From: Octopus sinensis
Taxonomy: Eukaryota
NCBI RefSeq assembly: GCF_006345805.1
Contig: NC_043022.1
Coordinates: 15,066,001-15,130,000 of the forward strand
DNA: 64,000 nt
Reading direction: 5' to 3'
Shown here piece by piece: positions 13,601 to 26,891 of the stretch. The stretch's first letter is position 1; the number at the start of each line of letters is the position of its first letter. The notes below the pieces were generated by a model that was not told the DNA's origin, did no database searches, and saw only the letters and a list, made by a program, of their open reading frames with translations. A program made the position numbers and the translations under genes.

Positions 13601-13850
13601 TATATATTTATGTGCTTGTGCCTTTGTGTCTGTCCCCCACCCCTTCCCACAATCGCTTGACAACCGATGTTGGTGAGTTTATGTCCCCGTAACGTAGCAG
13701 TTCAGCAAAAGAGACCGATAGAATAAGTAAGTGCCAGGCTTACAAAGAATAAGTCCTGGGGTCAGTTTCTTCGACAAGAAAAACCCTTTAAGGCGGGGCT
13801 CCAGCATGGCCACAGTCAAATGACTGCAATGTTTAAAAGAATAAAAGAAA
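13258..13850 (+). mobile_element. SINE family A with an expanded internal (TA)n containing a hairpin
   Basis: Head at ~13260, tail at ~13845; perfect 31-bp inverted repeat 13441-13471 / 13524-13554. Confidence 0.75.
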
Positions 13851-13869
13851 ATATCTATTCAAAAAAAAA

Positions 13870-14000
13870 AAAATTACTAGAAATGGCTTTTCTGATAATT
13901 CTTCCAGTTTCATAATTAGATGTTTAAACGCCTAACGATTTATAGACATCTAATTATTAAAGTGGAAAAATTATCAGAAAAGTCATTTCTACTAATTTTT
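13870..14000. repeat. AT-rich foldback, ~55-bp arms
   Basis: aaaaattactagaaatggcttttctgataatt... / ...aattatcagaaaagtcatttctactaattttt. Confidence 0.75.
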
Positions 14001-14039
14001 CAGATATCTAATACTGTGCCAAAGACCTATTTCTTATTC

Positions 14040-14550
14040 TACAACGTATATATACATACATATATATATACACACACATAGATATATAAACACATATACA
14101 TACATACATACATGCATACATACATACATGCATACATACATACATGCATACGTACATACATACATGCATGCATACATACATACACACATATATATACACA
14201 CACACATATATATAAACATACACACACACATATATATAAACATACACACACACACATATATATACATACACACACACACACATATATATACATACACACA
14301 CACACATATATATACATACACACACATATATATATACATACACACACATATATATATACATACACACACACACATATATATATATATATACATACACACA
14401 CACATATATATATATACACACACACACATATATATACATACACACACACACATATATATATACATACACACACACAGATATATAAACACATATACATACA
14501 TATATATATTTTAACATACAAACATATATATACACATATATACATACATA
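14040..14550. repeat. Compound (CA)/(TA)/(TACA) microsatellite
   Basis: Direct reading. Confidence 0.95.
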
Positions 14551-15457
14551 TGAGGTTTTGGCATTATTCTTAATACATTCTACTCATTGTTTCTAACTTT
14601 TAATTAAAATTATTTCCCTCGTTTCGTCCCCCATTCATTCCACCACCCACCCCTTCGCCCACACGATTTACGGCTGACTACAACTGGTCCAGCTATATTA
14701 ATTATGATATGATATTTTCAAACATCTCCAGGGGAAATATCAATTAATCTCTCAGCAAAGGAAATGATAGGCTATTAGTGGTTTGACATTAGGCGTGACT
14801 GTGTGGTAAGTAGCTTGCTTCCCAACCACATGGTTACGGGTTCAGTCCCATTGCGTGGCACCTTGGGTAAGCGTCTTCTACTATGGGCACAGGCATGGCT
14901 GTATGGTAAGAACCTTGCTTCCCAACCACATGGTTCTGAGTTCAGTCCCACTGCATGGCACCTTGAGCAACCTGATGTCATCCACGGTAATTACACATCT
15001 GTCACATAAAAAGCACCATTCAAGTGTGGTCGATGCCAGTACCGCCTGATGTGCCCTTGTGCCAGGGACACGTAAAAAGCACCCACTATACTCTCGGAGT
15101 TGGCATTAGGAAGGGCACCCAGCTGTAGAAACTTTGCCAGATCAGATTAGAGTCTGGTGCAGCCTCCTTGGCTTGCCAGTCCTCAGCCAAACTGTCCAAC
15201 TCTTGCCAGCATGGAAAGCAGATGTTAAACGATGATGATGATCACACACACACACACATACACACAGCTATATATAGATAGTCCACACTGGCACCTAACT
15301 TTGTGATTAAGAAGTTTTGCTTTGCAACGATATGGTCTTGGGTTCAGTCCCACTGTGTGACATCTTTTTCTAAGTGTCAGCTACTGTTGCCCTGGGTCGA
15401 CTGAATCCTTGCGGGTGTATTTGGTAAACTGAAACTAAAAATAGCCTGTCATGTGTG

Positions 15458-15685
15458 GGCGAGCTGGCAGAAACGTTAGCACGCCAGGCGAAATGCTTAG
15501 CGGTATTTCATCTGTCGTTACATTCTGAGTTCAAATTCCACCGAGGTCGACTTTGCCTTTCATCCTTTCGGGGTCGATAAATTAAGTACCAGTTATGCAC
15601 TGGGGTCGATGTAATCGACTTAGTCCCTTTGTCTGTCCTTGTTTGTCCCCTCTATGTTTAGCCCCTTGTGGGTAATAAAGAAATG
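15458..15685 (+). mobile_element. SINE family B, full length
   Basis: Same as 5718-5940. Confidence 0.85.
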
Positions 15686-15914
15686 TATATATATATACAC
15701 ACACCAAATATTAACTTCTATACCTGTGAGTGCGTGCATGTATGTGTTCCTAGTAGTATGCCGGTAAAGCATGTTCACTGCTTATGGCTATCTGATGTCA
15801 TCCACGGTAATTACACAACTGTCACTGGATCTACATCAGGAATTGCCTGTGCCCATAGTAGAAGACACTTACCCAAAGTGCCATGCAGTGGGATTGAATT
15901 CGGTTCGAAATTTC

Positions 15915-16045
15915 CCCAAGACACCCAAAGAAGACTGGAGGGTATATCAGCCAAAACGTTGTGTTCACAACAAAAAAGATAAGGACAAATATCCATCAAA
16001 TGTAAACAGTGTACAAAATTCCTCATCTCTTAAATATAGAACTGA
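15915..16045 (+). mobile_element. Penelope-like element relic with a decayed minimal hammerhead (15921-15964)
   Basis: acac-CCAAAGA-a-gactgg..tcagcc-AAAAC-GTT-gtgt has hammerhead topology with a mutated core. Confidence 0.45.
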
Positions 16046-16369
16046 ATAATCTGTTACTTGTCTCACTTCAAAAATCTCACTTTGATCTAATGCAAAAAAG
16101 TCCCTATGTCCCAACATCTCTTCGTTCGTTTAGCTAACGAACACGACACATGTGGATAAGAAGGGTTTATACCCGAAGCCTCACCAACAGCCATCCTTCC
16201 CTAATCCTAATCTCCGGCTAAGGAATGTTTAGTCGAATCTTGACAGCACAGCTCTATAATTAAGCAGCGTTTATAATTATTAAAAGGTTTGCATCTTCCC
16301 TTCTGTAAAATGCTCCACTGTTAATAATACTCAGCCTATTATTAGAAAACACATTTTATACATTAGCAA

Positions 16370-16371
16370 CA

Positions 16372-16409
<38 letters not shown>

Positions 16410-17000
16410 GTGTGTGTGTGTGTGTGAGTGTGTGTGTGTGTGTGTGTGTTGTGTGTGTGTGTGGTGAGAGAGAGAGAGAGAGAAAGACAGAAATGTATGT
16501 GAAGATGTGTGCATGCATAGATATATGTGTATGTGTGTGAATGTGTGTCTATGTGTGTGAATGTGTGCCTATGTGTTTATATGTGTGTGTGTGGAGAGAG
16601 AGAGAGAGAGAAAGAAAGACAGAAATGTATGTGAAGATGTGTGCATGCATAGATATATGTGTATGTGTATGAAAGTGTGTGTGTGAATGTGTGCCCATGT
16701 GTGCCTATGTGTGTGACCATGTGTGTGTGTAACTATGCATGTGAATGTATGTGTGCATATCTGTGTGTGTGTGTGTGTGTGGAGAGAGACAAATGTATGT
16801 GAAGATGTGTGCATGTATAGATGTATGTGTATGAAAGTGTGTGTGTGTGAATGTGTGCCTATGTGGGTATATGTGTGTAACCATGTGTGTGACCCTGTGT
16901 GTGAATATGTGTGTGAATGTATGTGTGTATATCTGCGTGTGTGTGTGTATGTGTTTATTTTGTACACACACACACACACACCACACACACACACACATTT
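16370..17000. repeat. (TG)n/(GA)n compound microsatellite with higher-order repeats
   Basis: Direct reading; gacagaaatgtatgtgaagatgtgtgcatg block repeated. Confidence 0.9.
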
Positions 17001-17302
17001 CTGATATATTAATTCTGGCTCTTAGAAGCACCCCATGTGATCACAATTTGAACATTCTTAATTATCCGTTGCCAATCCAAGCCCATCTTTTATGTTTTTC
17101 CTTCTTCCTACACCTCAGAAACATAACCTATTATTATTATTCCCAATACCAAACCAAGTTTCCAAACCCAAACCACCGGATTTAATAATCTTAATTAGCA
17201 GACACTAATAGCAATCTAAATTCTCAGATACGCCCTCCTCTCTACCACACACAGACACACACACACACATGCATTTCTGTCTTAATCTTTTACTTGTTCC
17301 AG

Positions 17303-17337
<35 letters not shown>

Positions 17338-17339
<2 letters not shown>

Positions 17340-17617
17340 CACCATCCAATCGTGGCCGTTGCCAGCCTCGCCTGGCCCCCATGTCAGTGGCATGTAAAAA
17401 CACCATCCGTCCGTGGCCGTTTGCCAGCTCTGTCTGGCACCTGTGCAGGTGGCATGTAAAAAGCACCCACTACACTCACGTTGGCGTTAGGAAGGGCATC
17501 CAGCCGTAGAACCACTGCCAGATCAGACTGGGCCTGATGCAGCCTTCCGGCTTCCCAGACCCCAGTTGAACCGTCCAACCCATGCTAGCATGGAAAGCGG
17601 ACGCTGAATGATGATGA
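17338..17617 (+). mobile_element. RTE 3'UTR fragment
   Basis: Same motifs and (GAT)n tail. Confidence 0.8.
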
Positions 17618-17631
17618 TATATATATATAGG

Positions 17632-18020
17632 TACAGGTGTGGTTGTGTGATAAGAAGCTTACTTCCCAACCACATGGTTCTGGGTTCAGTCCCACTGCAT
17701 GGCACCTTGGGTAAGTGTCTTCTACTATAGCCTCGGGCCGACCAAAGCCTTGTGAGTGGATTTATTAGACGGAAACTGAAAGAAGCCTGTCGTATATATA
17801 CATGTATGTGTGTGCGTGTGTGTATCTTTGTATCCCCTGCCTCCCACCATGGCTTGACAACCAATGTTGGAGTACTTCCATTCCTGTAACTTAGTGGTTC
17901 GGCAAAAGGGACCGATAGAATAAGTACAAGGCTTACAGAGAATAAGTCCTGGGGTCAATTTGTTCAACTAAACAAAAAAAAAACAGCGGTGCTCCAAATG
18001 ACTGAAACAAGAAAAGCAAT
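17632..18020 (+). mobile_element. SINE family A, full length
   Basis: Head, body and tail as in other copies. Confidence 0.8.
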
Positions 18021-18370
18021 AAAAAAATGCATATTGAGTTCTAACACCAGGTTATGAATGATACTATGCCTAAGGGAAATATCTATGATACTCTCGTGTT
18101 TTTCTCCGTCACAACATATGAATGAGAAAGGACGGGGTGATAGATGAATAAGGAAGGAAGGGGGGATGACAAACTGATAGTGGGAGCGTTTCAACTCTGT
18201 GAGCATATGTGTGTGTATGTAAAAGGGCAGTGTGCGTGTGTGTGCGCAATGGAAGTGGGATGGTGAACATTCAATGCAGAAAAGAAAAATCAAACAGCAT
18301 TTCAACTCTAAAATACTATAATTATAGCCATCATTTTTGATGGCATGGGGCCAGCTAGTATGTATATATA

Positions 18371-19430
18371 CTAGGGAGAAAAACTAGAAATAGTTGATAG
18401 CTTCTGTTACCTAGGTGACCAAGTCAGTAGCAGGGGCGGGTGTGTTGAAAGTGTAACTGCTCGAGTAAGAATAGCTTGGGCAAAGTTCAGAGAGCTCTTA
18501 TCTCTGCTGGTGACAATAGGCCTCTCGCTCAGAGTAAAAGGCAGACTGTATGATGCATGTGTACGAACAGCCATGCTACATGGCAGTGAAACATGGGCCG
18601 TGACTGCTGAGGATTTGCGTAAGCTCACAAGAAATGAAGCCAGTATGCTCCGATGGATGTGTAATGTCAGTGTTCATACACGAGAGTGTAAGTACCTTGA
18701 GAGAAAAGCTGGACCTAAGAAGCATCAGTTGTGATATGCAAGAGAGACGTTTGCGCTGGTATGGTCATGTGGCAAGAATGGATGAAGATAGTTGTGTGAA
18801 AAAGTGCCATACCCTAGCGGTTGAAGGAACCTGTGGAAGAGGTAGACCCAGGAAAACCTGGGACGAGGTGGTGAAGCACGACCTTCAAACTTTAGGTCTC
18901 ACTGAGGAAATGACTAGAGACCGAGACCTTTGGAAGTGTGCTGTGCGTGAGAAGACCCGGCAGGACAATGGAGACCATAACCTGGGTTGTGCCAGTCCAC
19001 TTATGCATACCTTTCCTTCTGGGGACACAAAACTCTACTTGTGAAGACCTGTTGAGGCAAGTGAGAAATCAAAATCGATCAACATCAATGGAAATTGCAT
19101 CTGTGATACCAGTGCCGATGGCACGTAAGAGAACCATCCGATCGTGGCCGTTGCCAGTGCCGGCCCGACTGGCCTCGTGCTGGTGGCATGTAAAAAGCAC
19201 CATCCGATCGTGGCTGTTTGCCAGCCTCGTCTGGCACCTGTGCCAGTGGCACGTAAAAAGCACCCACTACACTCACGGAGTGGTTGGCGTTAGGAAGGGC
19301 ATCCAGCTGTAGAAACACTGCCAGATCAGACTGGAGCCTGGTGCAGCCTCCTGGCTTCCCAGACCCCAGTCGAACCGTCCAACCCATGCTAGCACGGAAA
19401 ACGAACGTTAAACGATGATGATGATGATAT
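18371..19430 (+). mobile_element. 5'-truncated RTE-clade LINE (RT C-terminal region plus 3'UTR), frameshifted near 18680
   Basis: LGEKLEIVDSFCYLGD...VKGRLYDACVRTAMLHGSETW...RRLRWYGHVARM...GRGRPRKTW is RTE-type ORF2; ends in (GAT)n. Confidence 0.9.
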
Positions 19431-19432
19431 AT

Positions 19433-19620
19433 ATACACCGTGTTTTAACATGTATAAGTAACCCTCATGTATAAAGAACCCCCTTTTTGTGGGGTCTTAA
19501 AATTTAGAAAAAAAAGTTTTGCAAAGGATTATAATATTGTCCATGTATAAGAAACTCACATATATATTTAACCTAATTTTTTAACAAAAAATGGTTCCTT
19601 ATACACATTAAAATACAGTA
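19433..19620. mobile_element. Tc1/mariner (pogo/Tigger-like) MITE
   Basis: Imperfect TIRs tacaccgtgttttaacatgtataag / cttatacacattaaaatacagta; reverse copy at ~37785-37940. Confidence 0.6.
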
Positions 19621-20711
19621 TATATATATATATATATATATTATATGATGGGCTTATTCTTGGAGAAAATTTCTGAGAGCACTAACATAAGCCCCATCAC
19701 TCGATTTATCAACCGCTGCCAGCTGCTCTGCTTAAAGAATTCTATATTTTTTCTTATTTTATTTCTCTTTATAAATCTCTGCGATAATGGATTTATTAGT
19801 ACAGCTGCACTACACCCAGTCTCCTCCGTTTCCTCCCACTAGTATCAGCCAGTAAAGACTCCATCAGAAGTCTTCTTTTTAGGTCAGGCAGCATCTTCAT
19901 TAGTTAACATCCACTTTTCCATGCTGGCATGGGTTGGACGGTTCGACAGGATCTGATGGTCTAAGGACTGCATTTTGCTACAGTGTCTGCTTTGGCAGGG
20001 TTTCTATGATGGGGTGCCCTTTGTAATACCAACCACTTTACAATGTATATTGGGTCCTTTCTGCGTGAAACCAACATGATTTGAGGTCAGCATGCAGCTT
20101 GAAAGACTATGAACCCCAAAGGGGGGCAACTTTATGCAAGGAGATGAGGAATAGACAGCAACAATATATGAGAAAAAAGGGCCGGGCCAGAAGAAGTTTC
20201 TTGCTGTGGAGGTCTGACATGTCCACTCACATTTTAGAAGAGAGGGTGGTGGGAAAGTGATAGAAATGTATTGATGAAGTGTCAGAGTGGGCCTTCAAGG
20301 TATGAATTGGAAAGGGGCACAGGTGCCAAAAATCATATGTGTGTGTGTGTTTATGTATGTATATATATATATATATATATATATGAGGTGCAGGGATCAG
20401 GAATACCTTATCAACACACTGATGTAATCCAGATTTGGCTAACCACATCAATTGATAGGGAACAAGCAGAATTGTTTAAGATCAACAAATAGTAAATAGT
20501 AAATAGTGAATTCACTTTGGTGGATTGCGTACACCCTACAGAGACATCATAAAGAAGAATGAAGAATAACAGATCTCCAAAATTTGTTTATCATTGTATT
20601 ATTCTTATTAAATTCACAGAATGTAATAAGAATATTCTAATAAGCAAACTCTGAAGATGCATAATTCTCAATTTTTCAAATATCCGTCAAATGTAAATAA
20701 TCTACATTATT

Positions 20712-21145
20712 CTCTGCTTTCTGCTTTGGCATGGTTTCTATGGCTGGAAGCCGTTTGTGATGCCAACCACTTTACAGAGTGGACTGGGTTCCTTTTTATG
20801 TGGCACCAGCACTTATGAGCCCGCAAGATTAGGGATGGTCAGCTGGAGATGATTGCAGGGGATGAACTTGTGTACAAGGGCAACCACACTTTTACTTAGC
20901 TTGGCATGTCTTTTCAAGCACAGCAAAACCAACAGGAGTCTCGGTCCCATGTCATCCCCTCTGCGAGTCCCAACAATTGTAGATCCCTTCTCACCACTTT
21001 GTCCCACATTTTCCTGGGTCTACCTCTTCCACATGATCGCTCTACTCTGCTTTCTGCTTTGGCATGGTTTCTATGGCTGGAAGCCCTTTGTGATGCCAAC
21101 CACTTTACAGAGTGGACTGAGTTCCTTTTTATGTGCCGCCAGCAC
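20712..21145 (-). mobile_element. RTE ORF2/3' fragment bracketed by a ~100-bp direct repeat
   Basis: Minus strand encodes CGRGRPRKMWDKVVRRDLQ; repeat copies at 20712-20812 and 21045-21145. Confidence 0.65.
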
Positions 21146-21179
21146 CACTGAGATCACCTTGAAGCTTGCAAGAATGGGG

Positions 21180-21701
21180 AGAGGGAACCCGAATGGTAGG
21201 AGAATGAAGAGCAGGGAGGAGTAAAGTCTGAGAGAGAAAAGGGTCTGAGCAGGGAGAGGGAACCCGAATGGTAGGAGAATGAAGAGCAGGAAGGAGTAAA
21301 GTCTGAGAGAGAAAAGGGTCTGAGCAGGGAGAGGGAACCCGAATGGTAGGAGAATGAAGAGCAGGGAGGAGTAAAGTCTGAGAGAGAAAAGGGTCTGAGC
21401 AGGGAGAGGGAACCCGAATGGTAAAAGAATGAAGAGCAGGGAGGAGTAAAGTCTGAGAGAGAAAAGGGTCTGAGCAGGGAGAGGGAACCCGAATGGTAGA
21501 AGAATGAAGAGCAGGGAGGAGTAAAGTCTGAGAGAGAAAAGGGTCTGAGCAGGGAGAGGGAACCCGAATGGTAGAAGAATGAAGAGCAGGGAGGAGTAAA
21601 GTCTGAGAGAGAAAAGGGTCTGAGCAGAGAGAGGGAACCCGAATGGTAGGAGAATGAAGAGCAGGAAGGAGTAAAGTCAGAGAGAGAAAAGGGTCTGAGC
21701 A
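21180..21701. repeat. 75-bp minisatellite, ~7 copies
   Basis: Unit gagagggaacccgaatggtaggagaatgaagagcagggaggagtaaagtctgagagagaaaagggtctgagcagg; gives a 25-aa repeat ORF. Confidence 0.95.
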
Positions 21702-21891
21702 GAAAAAGGTTTCTTGCTGTGGAGGCCTGACATGTCTACTCACATTTAAAGGAGAGGGTGGGAGTGAGTGGGTTGAACTGGAAAATTATAAAAAGTAATA
21801 GTAATGAGGTGATAGGGTGGATTTTCAGGGTACAAAGTGGGTAGGTACAAGTGGGGCTAGGAGTGACTGGAGAAGTACAGGATACCTATTT

Positions 21892-22120
21892 CTTTACTAC
21901 CCACAAGGGGCTAAACACAGAGGGGACAAACAAGGACAGACAAAGGGATTAAGTCAATTACATCGACCCCAGTGCGTAACTGGTACTTAATTTATCGACC
22001 CTGAAAGGATGAAAGGTAAAGTTGACCTCGGCGGAATTTGAACTCAGAACGTAGCGGCAGACGAAATACTGCTATGCACTTCGCCCAGCGTGCTAACGAT
22101 TCTGCCAGCTCGCCGCCTTG
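21892..22120 (-). mobile_element. SINE family B, full length
   Basis: Reverse complement of the family B sequence. Confidence 0.85.
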
Positions 22121-22884
22121 GAGTACGGGGATACCTGATAGAGTGGAACAGTTGAATAAAGATGATGATGATGATGATGGTGATGTGGTAAACAGGAAGA
22201 CCAGAGAGATGAAATGCTGTGGGTAGGTTGCAGGAGTGGATGGCAAAGACGGAGAGGCGGGTGCAGTGCATCAATACATTATTTTTTTCTTTACCTCTCT
22301 GCGTTGTTTAAATATGTAAACCTGAAGCCGTCCCTTTAATCCTTTTCCTCCGTTAATCAACAAATTGAATTTTAATTATCCGTTTATTTCTATTTCCACA
22401 AAATTAACAGGTAATATAATATACATAACATCTTTGATATTGGGAGGAAAAGGGGAAAAAAAAAAAAAGGAAAGAGGTGGTGGGCATGGGTAGAGAGGAC
22501 AGGAAATGAGAAATGGAAGAGGAAGGTAGAAAGAAAAAGCAGGTGGGAGTGGGGGGAGAGAGAGGGGGTGATGTGGTTTTGATTTAAACTTTTGTTTTTT
22601 TTTATTAACTCAAAATGTATTTGAGTTCATTTAAAGAGAACTTTACTGGGAAAGGAGAGAGAAGAGGCGGAGAGAGGGAAAGAGACAGAGAGAGAGGGGG
22701 GGAGAGAGAGAGAGCAAGAGAAGAAAGAGACATACAGACACATTGTAAAGGATACAAATACAGAAGATGAGCATAGCTTGGCAAATATATATATATATAT
22801 ATATACGAGAATATACATACATATATATATATATATTATATATATATCGAGAATATACATACATATATATATATATATATATCT

Positions 22885-23113
22885 TAATTCTTTTACTTGT
22901 TTCAGTCATTTGACTGCGGCCATGCTGGAGCACCGCCTTTAGTCGAGCAACTCGACCCCAGGACTTATTCTTTGGAAGCCTAGTACTTATTCTATCGGTC
23001 TCTTTTGCCAAACTGCTAAGTGACAGTGACGTAAACACACCAGCATCGGTTGTCAAGCGATGTGGGAGGACGAACACAACACACACACACACACACACAC
23101 ATATACATACATA

Positions 23114-23148
<35 letters not shown>

Positions 23149-23292
23149 CGACGGGCTTCTTTCAGTTTCCGTCTACCAAATCCACTCACAAAGCTTTGGT
23201 CAGCCTGAGGTTATAGTAGAAGACACTTGCCCAAGGTGCCATGCAGTGGGACTGAACCCGAAACCATGTGGTTGGTAAGCAAGCTACTTACC
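22885..23292 (-). mobile_element. SINE family A, full length
   Basis: Reverse complement of the family A sequence. Confidence 0.85.
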
Positions 23293-23310
23293 ACACAGCC
23301 ACTCCTGCGC

Positions 23311-23357
<47 letters not shown>

Positions 23358-23754
23358 CAGAGAGAGAGAGGGTTGGCCAAAAATCACCCTACAGTAAATC
23401 AAGACTCCCTAAATACCATCTGTAATTCTGTATTGACTGGAATGGAAAAAAGGTGTCACACAAGAAGGACTTTGAACAATTTTCATGATGTTTCATATTT
23501 CGATGGTTTTTTATTAAATTCGTTCAGTCGTTAGACATAAATAGATCTTGGAATTAAATGGGCTTGATTTACTGTCAGCTGACTTTTGGCCAACTCTGTA
23601 TGTGTATATATTGTTTTATTCTTTTATTTGTCTCAGTCATTTGACTGCGGCCATGCTGGAGCACTGCCTTTTAGTCGAACAAATCAACCCCAGGACTTAT
23701 TCTTTGTAAGCCATTTATTCTATCGGTCTCTTTTGCCAAACCGTTGAATCGGAG

Positions 23755-23768
23755 AGTAAGAGAGAGAC

Positions 23769-23799
<31 letters not shown>

Positions 23800-24110
23800 T
23801 AAAGAGAGAGAAAGAGAAAGACAGAGAGAGAGAGAGAGAGAAAGAGAGAGAAAAACAGAGAGAGAGAGAAAGAAAGACAGAGAGAGAGAGAAAGACAGAG
23901 AGAGGGAAAGACAGAGAGAGAGAGGGAAAGACAGAGAGAGAGAGGGAAAGACAGAGAGAGAGAGGGAAAGACAGAGAGAGAGGGAAAGACAGAGAGAGAG
24001 AGAAATATATATATATATAGAGAGAGAGTAAGACAGAGAGAGGGAGAGAGAAAGACAGAGAAAGACAGATATAGAAAGAGAAAGAAAGACAAAGAAAGCG
24101 AAAGAGACGA
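23755..24110. repeat. (GA)n/GAAAGACA compound repeat
   Basis: Direct reading. Confidence 0.9.
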
Positions 24111-24869
24111 GAGGAGAAGTTACAGTGGGTGTAGGCTGGAGCAGTGTGAGATGAATTGGGGTCCATTCATTTGTTTCACTAAAACACCTCAAGGTTGTGC
24201 CCCAGCATGGCCGGAGGTCCAGTCCAATGACTGAAACAAACAATGGACAATAAGAAATAAAATAAAATAAAACAAAACAAACAAACAAACATAAAAAAAA
24301 AACCTTTGTACATTCCTCAAAACAATTGAACCGTGTCCAATGGGTTCCAGAAACTTTGAAAAACCTTATTGTCATTCCCAACTCCCGGATCATCAATCAC
24401 CACCAAGTTTGCTCAGATTCCTGGATTCTTGAAGGGGCCTGAATTGTAACCCTTGGCCAACGATGGTGGTGGTGATGGTTGAATAGGAGTGAATGTTAAA
24501 CGGGGGGGTGGAGGGATACATAAAGGGGGGGGGTTGCGTGGTTCAGTGGCCACTGCCACAGTCAAAGGTTCCAGAAAAGCTGGGTGGAGATGGGTCAGAG
24601 GTCAATCAAACAATGACACATGCAAATAACTAGCCACAGCAAGCTCTCACACAAGCCTGCCCCAGCCCCCCCCGCTCCCAGCATGGACCATACCCCCTTT
24701 GCTCTTTCTTCCCCCCACCCCGGCTCACACAATAAAATAAAAACAGTGGAGCGGGGGGGGGGGGAGAGATCTCTTGTTTAATGAGGGTGGCTCAAAGGAA
24801 GGAGGGAGGGAATTAATGGAGTTAAGGGTGGAACAAAGGTAGTGTAGTATATATAGTAAGGGAAGGGGT

Positions 24870-25630
24870 AATTGGTGGTGGTGTGGTGGTGTTGGTGGTG
24901 GTGTGGTGGTGTTGATAGTGGCAGTGGTGTTAGTGGCGGCAGTGGTGGTGTGGTGGTGTTGGTGGTGGTGTTGATGTTGGTAGTGGTGGTGGTGGTGTTG
25001 TTGGTGTGGTGGTGTTGGTGTGGTGGTGTTGGTGGTAGTGGTGTTGGTGTTGATAGTAGCAGTGGTGTTAGTGGCGGCAGTGGTGGTGTGGTGGTATTGG
25101 TGGTGGTGGTGGTGTTGGTGGTGGTGGTGTTGGTGGTAGTGTTGGTGGTGGTGGTGCTGTTGCTGGTGGTGGTGGTGCTGTTGCTGGTGGTGTTGATAGT
25201 AGCAGTGGTGTTAGTGGCAGCAGTGGTGGTGTGGTGGTGTTGGTGGTGGTGTTGATGTTGGTAGTGGTGGTGGTGGTGTGGTGGTGTTGGTGGTAGTGGT
25301 GTTGGTGGTAGTGGTGGTGGTGTTGGTGTTGATAGTAGCAGTGGTGTTAGTGGCAGCAGTGGTGGTGTGGTGGTGTTGGTGGTGGTGTTGATGTTGGTAG
25401 TGGTGGTGGTGGTGTTGTTGGTGTGGTGGTGTTGGTGTGGTGGTGTTGGTGGTAGTGGTGTTGGTGTTGATAGTAGCAGTGGTGTTAGTGGCGGCAGTGG
25501 TGGTGTGGTGGTGCTGTTACTGGAGGTGGTGTTGGTGGTGTTGTTATTGGTGATAGTGTTGGTGGTGGAATTGGGGATTATGGTTGTGGTGTTGGTAACT
25601 GTGGTGGTGGTGGTGGTGGTGTTGGTGTTG
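24870..25630. repeat. Degenerate (GGT)n triplet array with higher-order blocks
   Basis: tgttgatagtagcagtggtgttagtggcggcagt block recurs at about 24910, 25050, 25325 and 25465. Confidence 0.9.
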
Positions 25631-25832
25631 GTGGTGGTGGTGATGATGGAATGACAGGCAGAGGAAGCCAGACACTTTACAGAGAAACAGGAAATATGTA
25701 AAGAAAAGATAAAACAGACACAATGAAAATTCTAAGTCTAAAGGTTGGGCCTGCAGCCAGGCCCTTCACAATACCCTCAAAGCTAGGAACTTTTCAGCAC
25801 ACCCTCAGGTATACATGTGTGTGTGTGGTGGG

Positions 25833-26010
25833 GTACAGTAATCCCTCACTGGTTTATTATTTAAGTTACATGGATTCCTCCATGGTGTCATTTTGCATTT
25901 ATAATAAAATATATACAAATTATAAAAATAATATTAAAAAAATATACAGTACAGTACTGTTTCTACTTTGTGGATTTTCACCTATCGTGATGGTCGTGTG
26001 TGGAACATAA
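25833..26010. mobile_element. Possible Tigger/pogo-like MITE fragment
   Basis: tacagtaatccctc start and ctactttgtggattttcacctatcg subterminal motif; assignment from memory. Confidence 0.4.
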
Positions 26011-26161
26011 CACCCAACGTCTGTTGTCCATGCTGGCATGGGCTGGACAGTTTGACCAGGGCTGGCAAGCTGGAAGGCTACACCAGACTCCAGTCTGATT
26101 TGGCATGGTTTCTACAGCTGGATGCCCTTCTGTGTACACACACACACACACACATACATAC

Positions 26162-26224
<63 letters not shown>

Positions 26225-26891
26225 CATATACACCAAATCCACTCTGGAGGTGTTAATCAACCCAAGGCTATAGTAGAAGACACTTACTCAAGGAGTCATG
26301 CAGTGAAACTGAACTTGAGATCATGTGGTTAGGAAACAAACTTCCTAACCACACAGCCATACCTCTGCTTATATACATGCATGTCATCATCATCATCATC
26401 ATTTAACGTCCTTTGTCCATGCTGGCATGGGTTGGACTATTTGTCTGGGCTGGCATGCTGGAAGGCTGTACCAGGCTCCAATCTGATCTGGCAGTGTTTG
26501 TACAGCTGGATGCCCTTCCTAACACCAACCACTCCGAGAGTGTAATGGGTGCTTTTACATGCCACCAGCAAGGGTGCATTTATGTGCTACTGGCACAGGT
26601 GCCAATTTGCGTGACACCAGTACCTGCCACGACTGCAATTTTACTCAGCTTGATGGGTCTTCTTCTCAAGCATGTGAAGCCCAACACTCGAAAGGAACTT
26701 GGTCACTTTTGCCTCCATGAGGCCCAACGCTGAAAAGGAACTCAGCCACTTTGTCTCCATGAAGCCCAATGTTCAAAAGACGTTTCTTGCATGTCACCAG
26801 CACAGGTGCACTTGGCTTGACCAGATCCTCTCAAGCACAGCACATCGCCAAAGGCCTCGGTGACCACTCATTGCCCCTGTGAGACTCAAAG

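Noticed and set aside
24872-25654. Val/Gly-rich or Thr/Pro-rich (mucin-like) ORFs
   Set aside because: Triplet repeat with stops and frame changes; no signal peptide or unique flanking coding sequence.
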